This document shows, piece by piece, positions 40,288 through 53,391 of a DNA stretch of 64,000 nt. This DNA comes from Lama glama (lineage: Eukaryota), in the NCBI GenBank assembly GCA_028534125.1, contig CM052827.1:33914001-33978000 (forward strand), given 5' to 3'. The position numbers and the translations under genes were made by a program. The first letter of the stretch is position 1, and each line of letters begins with the position of its first letter. The notes under the pieces were generated by a model, which saw only the letters and a program-made list of their open reading frames with translations, was not told where the DNA came from and made no database searches.

Positions 40288-43200
40288 GGCCCTGCGGGCT
40301 CTAGAGTTCAAGATGTGTTTGTGTTCCCTGCGGCTCATCTCTGGAGGGTCTGTCTTATCTGTCCAGGTAAAGAGAGAGAAGCATCCACTTTCTGTGGGCA
40401 GGAGCTCAGAATAAATCTCAGAGGCAGGGAGGAAGCTGAGCTGGCCCTGCCTTAGAGGAACAGGGGAGTGAGTGTGGGGAGCACACAGTCAGCATAGGGT
40501 GGGGCCGATAGGCAAACTCAGGGCTAAGTCACTGTGGGAATAAGCTGGCTTGTGTAGGAGTTTGGGGAACCCCCAGTGAGGGAGATGTTCTCCTAGAACC
40601 TTCCCTGATTTTGTGCCAGATGGAGCCAAAGGAGAGTAGGTACAGGAAAGGGTGGAACAGGTCTGTGGGGGAAGGGAGAAGAGGGCTTGGCTTCTAAAAT
40701 CCTAGCCCTGTTTCTCTACCCCTGTCAGATGCCCAGGTTGCAGGCAAGTGGTTTGCAAAAGCTCTTGTTTTCACAAGCAAGCTCCCCAAAAAACCTGTCT
40801 TGTGAGTAACCACAAGGACAAGCTGACATTCCCTGCTTGTTCCCCACAGAATATCATCAAAAGGGAACCACCAGAAAGGCAGAAACGATGCCTGGTTTGC
40901 AGTCCCGCAAGATACTTATCAACAGAATCCTCCCAAGAAGACACGTGGAACTCATTTCCAGGTGGGGAGAACCCAGCCTGGCTTCTCCAGAGAGAGAAGC
41001 AGCCGCTTACAGCTGTCATGACGGGAAGGAGCATGTGGTAAGAGAGGGCTCCTGGCCAATTTCACAGGGATCAGGGGGTCAAACCCGGTTCCCATTTCAG
41101 ACCTCATGGTCATTATGGATGAGAGGTGCACTCCCAGACTCCATCGTGGACACTGGGAGACGTGGGGTAGTGAGGACTCTTGAGGACCTGGGTTTGTCTC
41201 TGACTGAAGGAGAACTGGGGAAGATCCCAGGGTGTGAGGGTGGGGAGGGTACTGAAAAAATCAGGGAGGAAAGGTTTTAGAAAGGAAAGGTAAAGCATGC
41301 TTTCAGCCATTTCAAAGCCCTGCATGACAGATGAGCCAATCTGACGAACAAGTGAACTATGGCTGGGGAGTACAGAGCAGTGCTGGTTGCCAAGGCAGCA
41401 CTGCCCCCACCAGTCACATGCCACCCCCACAGGCCCCGCTCCAGGAGCCTTCAGTCTTCCTTCTTTCCCTGTCTTCCTGAGCCTCTGCTGCCAGGAATGT
41501 TCTCCCCTCTCCAACTGCCTTCCTGGGAACAAGGCAGACGAATGGCCCAGGGTCTAAATACAGGGCTGGCAGGTGGACACAAAAGCTACCTGAGAAAGGG
41601 GCAGGGCCTGTCCTAAAGGACATCGAGCTATGAGTGAGGGTGAGATTTGAGACCACCTCCCTGCTCCCCGCCGTTTTCCTTGGTGGGGAGGAGGCAGCCT
41701 CTAAGCCATCACTCAGGTGGTTTACCCTGGACTCAAATACAGGAGCTCAGGAGCAGCCTGTTAGGGATATTTATCATCTGTGGGGACAGAGCAGCTGGCA
41801 GAAGCAGCAGGCTTCTGGGTTCTGGTCTTTGGTTCCACTGTAGGCAAGTTCTTCTTCCCAGCCCCAGGAAGATGCTTCTAGAGGCTCAAGGGAGGCCCAG
41901 GTACCTGCTCCAGCTTCCACACAGAGGCCAACTAACACCATCCACACAAGATCCAACTAGCCCCCTGGTCTCCTCCTTTCCCAATGATGACACCTTTAGA
42001 GTAAATGGGAAATCATTTGGAATATGCCCTAAGTCTGCTAAAAGCAACACATGTCCCTTGACTATGAGAGGCCAGGACTCTAATGTCATACCTCCCAAAG
42101 TCCAGAGCTAAGACTATAGGCCTGTGTGCAGGCTTGGAAAGCTATCTGATAGAGATATGGCCCTCCTGTCTGCTGGCACAGGAATCTAAAGTTAACACGC
42201 ATGTTTTCCAGAAGGCCTTTGAGAAAATATATACCCTGGCAGTATATAGAAGAATCAGACCTCAGGGGTCATTTCCAGAGGCTTTATAGACACCTCAGGT
42301 AGAAGTCAGAAGAGGGCAGGAGCTGAGTCATCCTGAGTTCTCTGCAGTGACCAGTCCAATGGCAGGCAAGCAGGGCTCCCCCAAGAATGGACAGAGCAAG
42401 GGTGTATGTCAGGGTGCCACCTTTGTCTACCTTCTTATTTGAGAAAAATTGAGATTAAGTGGGGGCAGGTCAGAGAGAATAAGAATTCACTGAGTCCAGC
42501 ATCCTAGCCTGGCCTGGTGAGCCACAGGCCCCAGCTTGGCCTTAGTGAGCCAGAATCTTCTGTAGACGCTACTCACTGGGGCATGACCTCCTTATCAACC
42601 TGCCCACATAGGGTTCTGCAGATTGCTCTCTGGGACATGATGGTAGTGTGATGTCAGCAGGTCCCTCGATGCCCAGATGTCTTTGGCCTGGCTTCCCAGA
42701 GCTCCCAGCCTCAGGGCTGAGTTTTGCAGAGGCAATAAATAGGTCATTGTCAATGTTCTGTCTGGAGCTCATATTTAGCTGGGGCAGCCCCAGTGTTAAA
42801 ATGGTAGACTCTACAATCCCAAACTCTGACCCTGCCTCCTCCTTTTCCTCACTCCCTTACTCGTATTCCAATCTCACCTGAATCCCCAGAGCCTGACTGG
42901 CCACTTTGCTTCTTCCACCCTTTCCTTCTTTGCTGGACTCCAGGAGGCCTCTCCCCTCATCACCTCTCCTCAGGGCCCTCGTGGTCCTGTCCCTGTCATG
43001 CTGCTATGCCCTTTCTCCTTGCCCCCTGCCCAGCCAGAGATGATGAGACCACTGCCTCCTCTGGGTGTGTGCTGGGGATACAGGATTCTGCCCCAGGAGG
43101 CCGTGGTCTCCCCTCTTCCTGCACTGTCAGCACTGGCCTCCCCCCTCCTCGCCACCTCCCTGCACTCTTCTCGTTCCCCTAAGACTTCTCTTCAGCCCAC

Positions 43201-45989
43201 CATCTTCTCAGCCCCTGATGCTACTGCAGCAACCCCCTCCCCAACTCCAGCCTTCTCAGAGATTACCTGTTCAGTTTCAAAAAGCAACCAAAGTTTTTAG
43301 AGGGGGAAGACCCTCCCCTTTCCCTGTTCATATACTCCGGCCCACCCCTGACGGGACCCATCCTAACCTTCTTCTGTCCCCTGCTCTTGGGTTCAAGGTG
43401 ATCCCCTTCTCCTGGCCTGCTGAGCCTGTTCCCCACCTTCTCCTTTGAGAACCCTGAAGTCTCTGCCTTTCCATGGCAACTTCCTCAGAGTCCATGAACA
43501 CCTTAGTCTTAACAAAAAGCCCCCCTTGATCCTGCACCCACTCTTCTCACCTCTCACACCCTCCCATCTACTGTCTCACTTCTTGGAAGCATTCAGGTGC
43601 CCACACCCACTGTGGCCACTTTTTTACCATGGCTTTGCCCACTTACCCCTTCACCACTGTCCCCAACAGAATCACTCATTCTCAGCAACAGCTCCCCTCT
43701 GGCAAGATCATCAACATCTGGGGTCTCCTCTGCAGACCTTCCACAAGTGTCCTCTCTGCCATGCCACCTGTATGGATGGTCAGTCTCCCCCAATGCTGTC
43801 TCCCACTGGGGGTTCTGAGATGTTGCCCTCTTGGCTCTCCTATCTTCTAGCCTGTTCCCCATCAGCCTCTTTCATGGTCACCAAAGAAGAGCCCAATCCA
43901 TAGACCAGTGAATTCTCCATGGTTTGTTCCACTCCACTCCACACACACAGACACACACAGACACACAGACAAACACACACACACAGTTTACCTCCACGTA
44001 CACCCTGGCAGACTGCATTTCATCCCATCCTAACTAATTTATTTGTGGTCCACATCTTCTTCCTGAGTCGTGGGCCCTGGGAAACAGGCCCTGATCGACT
44101 TCTCTCTAAATACAAGGATGCAGCATGCCCAGATCTCAATTCACTGTCTTATCTCTGGACTCGGGCCCTTCTCCTAAACTCTCCATGCCCTCTACCAAAT
44201 CACTTAGTCAGAAATCTGCAAGTTATCCTAGACTCCTCCTCCCTCACATCTGCAGTGACCAAAGTCCCTTCCATTCCTTCTCCTCAATACATTGTAATAT
44301 GTCTCTCTGCTCCCCCCTCACTATTCTGCCTTAATTCAGGTGCCTGTATTATCTGTCAGAAATATATTACAGCAGTTTCCTCCTGATCAGGGTCCTGGCC
44401 TCCAGTCTCTCTGGCTCCAGTCTTACCCTTGGTATTGTCATGAGGGTGATCCTCACCAGAGGCAAACTGACCATGCTCTTCAGGGCCTTTGTTGGTTTGC
44501 ACTGCACAGGATAGAGACTGAGAGCTTCCTGGCTAGCACTCGAGCCCTTCTATGTCAGACCCCTGCCTACTTCTTCAGTCCCAGCTCTCGCACACCTGCT
44601 CCCCACGCCAGCTCTGGGAATGCCAACTTCTGACCATTGTCTCATGCTCCAATGCCTTGATTCAGCTGTTTTATCCTGTTTTTCTTGGGGGCCGGGTCCT
44701 GACCCCTCACCTACTCCTATTTGTCTGTTTAGCAAATATTTATTCCCTGCTTGAGATTCAGCCCAGGCATCCCCTTCTCCATGAAGTCCTTTCTGAATCT
44801 TCTCTGCATCCCTGGTGTGCCTCATAAGAGTTTGAGTGCAGCACCCTAGCCCCTCCTTTTGACTTGTGCTGTCTCCCTCTCACTACCAACTTCTGAGTGC
44901 TGTGTCCACCCAAGCCGTGCACCCCCAGGGCCCAGCACAGTGCTGGGCACAGACAGGCAGCGTCACCATGAGCGAGTGAGGCCTCTTCGTGTGTCTCTGG
45001 TAACTTTCTGTCTTTCTTCTGCAGTGTGAATATTCCAAGCCTCTCTGCTGAGGCCTCTACCTCTCTACTTACTCCCCTAAGATAATTTGGCCTCAAAATT
45101 CAACAAGCAAAAAGCCCTCTAGCCTTTAAGGAACTTCCTCAGCAAATGGCTTCACATGGCCAACCCTACCCCTCTGATTCCTAAGAGGTGACATCCTCTC
45201 CATCTTACCCAAGACTGAGCTTTGAACGCTGAAGCCTGTCTCTGCGGCCACCTCAGGCGTCCACCATTCCTGACCTCTCTCCTCCCTATATTCACCCCTC
45301 GTCTAGTGACTCCTTCAGCACATAAACACAGTAGAGACCTCTCCCAGTGAAAATCCTTTTATCAGTCCCACCTCAACCTCTCATTACAGTTCTATTTATT
45401 TCCTTTCTTCCATGGGGAAATTTCTTGCAAATGAAGTCCCTTTCTACACTGAATTTCTTCTCCCATTCACTCCTCAGCCCAGCTGGCTTTTTCTGCCCAG
45501 ATACTAAATGTTGCTGAAGCTGTTGGTGACCTCCCTGGATGTCAAACACCATGGACACTATCTGTTATTTTCTGGATTCTTTGTGGGATTTGACACTGTT
45601 GACATCCACTCAATACTTGAAATGCTCTTCACCTTTGACTTTTGTGCTCTCTTCTTTCTAGGATCTCCTCAGCCCCTTCTGCAGGCCCCTCCTCCTTTCC
45701 ACATCTTTGGACTGGTGTCCTCCCTGGGGCATTCTCTGTGGCCAGCTCTTCACGGCCCTTCATGGCCTCCATGGGGAAGTGACTTAGATCCATGCCTTCA
45801 ACTTCCACCTATTCTTTAATGACAGTCACATCTATATTTATTACCCAAACCTTTCTCTTGAATTCCTCTCCCAGAAATCCAACTACCAACTGGACTCTCC
45901 ATTTAGATGTCTCATACTTCACATTTTCAACAAGTCCAAATCAAATTCCTTTAGACACAAAGCTCAATGACACTGGATACATAACTTGA

Positions 45990-46850
45990 CAAAAGGCCCT
46001 ACTTATACACATACATACACTTAATATATGAGGAGCCTTCCAACTCAGAAGGGAAAGGGAAGATTATACATAAATGGTATTTGGGCTATTTGAAAACTAA
46101 ACAGTTTAGCTTTTTACATTAGAGCATAAATCAAAATAAATTTCACCAATAAAAAATTAATATAAAAATTTAAACCAAAAAACAGAAGAAATAATTTTGC
46201 TGTGAACCTAAAACTGCTCAAAGAAATAAATTCTAATTNNNNNNNNNNNNNNNNNNNNNNNNNNNNNNNNNNNNNNNNNNNNNNNNNNNNNNNNNNNNNN
46301 NNNNNNNNNNNNNNNNNNNNNNNNNNNNNNNNNNNNNNNNNNNNNNNNNNNNNNNNNNNNNNNNNNNGACAAGGGATCTCTAAGTTAAAAAGCAGTGGAA
46401 GAACCGGAGGGGATAGCTCAGTGGTAGATCACATGCCTAGCATGATGTCCTGGGTTCAACCCCAGCACCTCCATTAAATAAATAAATCTAATTATTTACC
46501 CCCTACCAAAAAAAAAAAAAAGCAATGGAAGAAATTAGAAAGAAAAGGATGTTCAGAATCAACAACCTAGCAATTTAACCTCTGAATCTCATAAACAAAC
46601 AGATAGCTACAAATCAAATTAAAAGGCAAACATACTGGGACTGTATTTCAATAAATAGGTAAAAGAAATTAATCTCTTTAATGTATAAAAATTTCATACA
46701 AATGGATAAGAAAAATACTAAGACCCCAATAGATAAATGGACAAAGAACACAAATAAACAAAAGAGGAAATATAAATGGTAGGCTAATGAGAAAACTGTT
46801 CAACCTCAGTTATAATCAAAGTCAAAATTAAAGAGCCATCACTGCTCACC
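45990..46850 (+). mobile_element. Old LINE-1 (L1M-type) fragment interrupted by an N-run and a SINE
   Basis: A-rich, with L1 ORF2 3'-region-like motifs (ccccaatagataaatggacaaagaacacaaataaac, gaaaactgttcaacctcag). Confidence 0.55.
46404..46517 (+). mobile_element. tRNA-derived SINE (camelid Vic-1-like)
   Basis: ggggatagctcagtggtaga...gtcctgggttcaacccc followed by an A-rich tail. TSD aaaagcagtggaagaa / aaaagcaatggaagaa. Confidence 0.85.
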
Positions 46851-47884
46851 TTTCAGAGCAGCTCAGCTGTCATTCACCTTCTAGTGGGCTGTCTCCCTAA
46901 GCTCCGACTTGCCCTCTCCAGTCCACACTGCACTGAAGATCGAGTTCTAAGACACAAATGACCCCATGGCACTCTCCATGGTAACATTCCTTTAAAGGCC
47001 CCATGATGGGAATCAGGAGAAAGCCCCAGCAATGCTGCTGGCGGGGCACATCTGCCAACTTGCTATCTGACCTCTTTCTCCTGGCACTTCTCCCATGCAC
47101 ATCTAAGTTCTAGTCATAGGGAACTTGGCTGGTTGTTTCCAGAACTATTTTACACCTTAGTCCCTTCACCTGTGCTGTTATTAGTCCTGGAAGACCAACC
47201 TTTTCCCTCATCCTGTGCCTTCACGAAGCCTTCCCTGGTGCTGCCAGTCTCCTTCCGATGTTCTTCCAAATGTCCCCACTGCACCCTTCATTCCAGTGTC
47301 AGCATTGAGCACACGATGTATGATCACTCACATATGTATCTTTCTCCTGCACTGGACTATGAGCTCCTCAGAGGAAAGGATATGTTTTATTCATCTGTAG
47401 AGTCCCAGAACTGTACCCAGAGCCAAGTATATATGAATATATACACAAGGATGAATGGATGGATGACGTATGAGCAGGGTCATGAGCAAGCTGAAGTGAG
47501 ACAACTGAGAATGGGCCAAGTGAGGGTGGGCGCCTTACCTCCCGAAGGGCATTCTGGGCTGCACAGTACCAGGCCTGACTCACGAGGGAGGCCTCTTTCT
47601 GATCTGACAGAGGCAGGAAGCTCAGAATATATGTGAGTATCTGAGGGAAAAAGACAGGGCATTGGGGGCTGTTAGAGCTGGGGGCCTGTGGAACCTTCTC
47701 CAGCTGATAACACAGTAGGTCAGAGGGGTTAAGAGCACTGGCTTCTAGTTCATCTTGGATCCTAAGCTTCATGGAGTCTTCACTTCCCCTCTCTAGCCTC
47801 TAGGTGAAATCTTTCCTGAGCACTGTCTGGATGCAGGCTTGTACTGACTGATAAAAATAAAACCTCCTGCTCAATATGATATAA

Positions 47885-48070
47885 AAACAGCCTGGGCATT
47901 GGGACCAGGTAAACCTAGTTCAAATCCTTATTCTGTCAACTGACCTCTCTGAGCCTTGTTTTCCTTGTCTGTAAAATGGCAATTGTAGTGAGGTTTAAAT
48001 GGGTTATTCTGACAATTAAATAACATGGTAGAGTGTCTTGAGTAGGATCTAGAACATAGTAAGTCAGGTG
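47885..48070 (+). mobile_element. MIR SINE
   Basis: ctagttcaaatcc...acctctctgagccttgttttccttgtctgtaaaatgg MIR core. Confidence 0.6.
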
Positions 48071-48719
48071 CTCCTTCTGTGATCTTTAGGAAGCTACAAT
48101 GGGACTGTACTCTTTTCCCACCTTCTTCACTGCCAACTCACCTTCTCAGCTGGCTGTTAAGATATGATCTCAGCCAAACCCAGTCTGGGAGGCTCTGGCC
48201 CTCACTCCACCTAAGCTCCATGAGACTGGGGGTGGATGGGGGTTGGAGGCCCTAGTAGGGACTAGGGAATGGAGTTGCCTGTGAGACCAGGAATGATCTG
48301 ATATTAACTATGTTTTTTTTCTGGAATCTTCCCTCCTTGATGCCTGTGTCACTGTGTTTTCTAGGGTTCGACTCACCCCTCCATTTACCCTGTTTCTGGA
48401 TTCTTCTGTGGCTCCCAGGGCTCAAACCTGGATTTTTCAATCTGTTTACTTTCTAGGACAGTAAATTCATTTGCATGGCTTTAACAGTTACCTCTGTAGA
48501 AATAACCAACAATTCAATATCGCCATATTGTTTTATCATACATGTGCTAGTCTAGTATTTGCCAACTGTCCACAGGATCCTTCATCCAAATGTTTTACCA
48601 TCACCTTCATTTCAACCTCAGTCCAAAGCAGCCCCTCCTCCCAGCTTTCCAGCCCCTGAGCTTCAGTGCCAACAGTGCATCTCACCTAAAAATTCTGTCC
48701 CTTGCTCTCAGATGCAGGT

Positions 48720-48940
48720 GTAAGGCATAGGCTTTAGGCCAGGCTAACTTAGACTCATTCAAATCTCAGCTCCACTACTTCCCAGCTGTGTGACCTGTGT
48801 GACCTCAGACAGGGTACCTGACCACTTTGAACATCAGTTTGCACACCTGTAAAATGTGTGTATATATATTATATTGTATATAATATAATATATATGTAAT
48901 AGATATGATATATATGTATATATTTAATAGATATGATATG
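48720..48940 (+). mobile_element. MIR fragment followed by (AT)n low-complexity repeat
   Basis: ttcaaatctcagctccactacttcccagctgtgtgacct...ctgtaaaatg, then a tatatat tract at 48860-48940. Confidence 0.6.
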
Positions 48941-49599
48941 CTTGACACGTAGATGTTCTGTAAGTGGTTGCTAGGTTGCTGTTAATAATATTTCTACCTT
49001 TGAAACCTTACCACTTAGTAGCCCATATCTTCATCACCCCAGACCTGAATTCTTTCCACAATCTCCCTGCCTCCAGGCTCAACCTTACTAACCATTCTGC
49101 ACACTGCAACATGGTTAATTTTCCTAAAAGACAGCTTTCAGTCTCAGTGCACTCCTAATGAAAACCATTAGGGTTCCCCAGTACCCTCAAGACAAAATCT
49201 TTGCTCTCAGGTCAGCACTGCCAGGTCTCCATGTCTGATTGTACCCTCGATCCCAGAGCTTCCACAAGCCAGTCTCCTCACTGTCCTACAAACACAGCAC
49301 GTCTGCTTCCTTTTGCCTATGTGGATCTTTTTCCTGGAATGCCTTTCTTTAATCTTGACCTCACCAGTCCATTCTCATCTCTTCTTCCCTTCTCTGATCC
49401 CTAGTACACAGAAGGTACTCAGCCAATACTTACTGGATTGAATTAATGATGGACAGTCCTTTAGCTCTACTTTCACCAAAGTCCTCTATTTCTATTTTCA
49501 CCAAAGCTTTGCACAAGGAAGTAGTCAGAAGATAAAGAAGATCATTACTGAGAGGAGAATGACTGAGGAGAACAGCCTCTGGACCAGGGAGGCTAGGCA

Positions 49600-50580
49600 T
49601 GGGGAAGAGAACACAGATGGCGACTGAGACTGACCAAGCCTCTATCCCCAGGGGAAGGTAGGAAAACCTGTCTGAGCAGAGATAAGATAGTGGCCATTCT
49701 GTCTTCTGGTGCTAACCAAAGGAGCAAAGGGAGGGTATAAACCTGTCCTCACTGAGGGAAGAAAACATGATTCTTTGAGCTGAGAAGTGGGGAGGCCTTT
49801 CTAGAGGACCAGAACAGGCAGTGATGAGGATGGAGCGGCCATCCTATGAACCGCATCCCAAAGAGCTATTGGAGATATGACTGGTCACCTCTGAGATCTA
49901 TGAGGATGGAACAGATATCCTCTGGGACCAAAGAGGGAAAGGATGCCATTGCAGGGGGTTCACCCAGGTGGCAGCAGTGCTGTTTTTGCTAAAGGGAAGG
50001 AGCACCATTCCAAGAGCCAATAGGGAAAGGGTGACCTGTCTCCCATGGGCAGTGGGAGAGGGCTGCCAACTCTGGGCAAAAGGGATGGAGAGGCCATCTC
50101 AAAAGGCCACTGGGGACAAAACCTGTTATCTCTCTCTGGCCAATGGTGGCAGAGTGGTCTTGCCCCAGGCTAAGGAGAGGGAGCAAGCACCCCATGGGAG
50201 ATAAGGTGGTAGACCCCATCATCAGGGGCCAAGGGAATGAAGAGCAGGCTTGTCTTTGGTGAAGGAACCCAGAGATCATGCCTGGAGTTGATGGGAGGGG
50301 GCTGTCTCCCACCGCCAGGGGAGGGGGCAGCCTCTCTCGGGGAAGGAATGGAACGACCATCCCAAGGGGCCAGTAGGGGTAAGATCGGTTACCCTGCGGA
50401 GATGATGGGATGGAGCGGACATCTTCCAGAACTGAGGGGGAGGGGCGGCCATCTCAAGAGAAGGGGGCTAGGCAGAGGCCCTGTTCTCGCTGAGGTGACA
50501 GAGCAGCCATCTCTTGGGGCCAATGGGGAAGGAGAGGATGGTCCCCCAAGCTAAGGGGATGGAGTGGCCCAAAAGTGGGG
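49600..50580. repeat. Degenerate ~30-bp tandem repeat in LRRC29 intron 1
   Basis: Recurring GGGATGGAGCGGCCATCTC-like units near 49826, 50082, 50345, 50406, 50440, 50497 and 50556. Confidence 0.5.
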
Positions 50581-50760
50581 CCATTACCCATAGCCTGCAG
50601 GTCCTGGGGTCTCCCGGGCGGGTGGTTTCCGCCAGATGGGCGAGGCCGGGCGAGCTGTCTGGCAGCCCCTCCCCACAGCCCGGGACCCCGAGGTTGGGCC
50701 TGTCCCGAGCTAGGCCTGAGGGCGACCTCCTCTCACCTCCAGGGGCAGCGACTCCGCCAT

Positions 50761-50982
50761 CGCATCCCTGCCGCCTCCGCCCCCGCGCAAAGCTTTCTGG
50801 GAAGTGTAGTCCCACCGACTCTGGTAGGCGGAGCTTGGGAAGGAAGTGGACCCCTCATTTCCGTCCCAGTTGCTGACGATTTGGGTCTGCACCGGAAGTG
50901 TCTGTGCTGCCTATGTGGTACCTACTGACTGCAGTTTCGATCGCTCTCCCTTCTTTCCTCGGCTGGGTATTTGAGTTGCATT
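50761..50982. promoter_or_regulatory. Bidirectional CpG promoter of LRRC29 (-) and TMEM208 (+)
   Basis: The two ATGs are 222 bp apart. ZNF143/THAP11-type ACTACAnnTCCCA motif (rc of ttctgggaagtgtagt, about 50795-50810), ETS ccggaagtg at 50892-50900, GC boxes. Confidence 0.8.
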
Positions 50983-53018
<2,036 letters not shown>

Positions 53019-53391
53019 TAAAGTATAGGATTGTTGAATAAATGGCTCAGAATGTGGCTAATGGCTGTGTGGGTGATAATGAGAGAGAGGTGGGGAGAGC
53101 CAGTTCTTGGTATTTTCCTTCTGCTACAGACCCAGCGTGGTGGGTACCTTGAAGAAAAAGGCTCTTGAATTGGCTAGGAAAACTTTATTATGCTCCATGC
53201 ATCCAGGGAGCTCATACATGCACACACACACACACTCACACAGGCACACATAGCTAATACTGCTCACGGCGCTGGCCACTGGAACACAGAGTGGCCCTTG
53301 AGAAAAGGCCCAGAATCTCCTCTGGTCCCTCTTCAGTGTAGTCTCCTGCATTGCAGGCTGGGGCCTAGTACATGTCCTGCAGGCAGGGCCT

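Larger units (their letters stand above)
36238..50760 (-). pseudogene. LRRC29: F-box/LRR gene LRRC29 (FBXL9), disrupted unitary pseudogene
   Basis: Exons 50760-50737 (MAESLPLE), 47640-47539 (F-box ILTYILSFLPLSDQKEASLV), 39541-38536, 37375-37161, 37035-36892, 36709-36492 and 36406-36238 (...FVGGADLTLTL*). Lesions: in-frame TAG at 39053-39055; 4-bp insertion at about 38788-38791 (exon 1006 nt); TGA at 38761-38763 in the restored frame; exon 4 is 215 nt and splices to a phase-0 exon (1-bp deletion). Confidence 0.9.
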
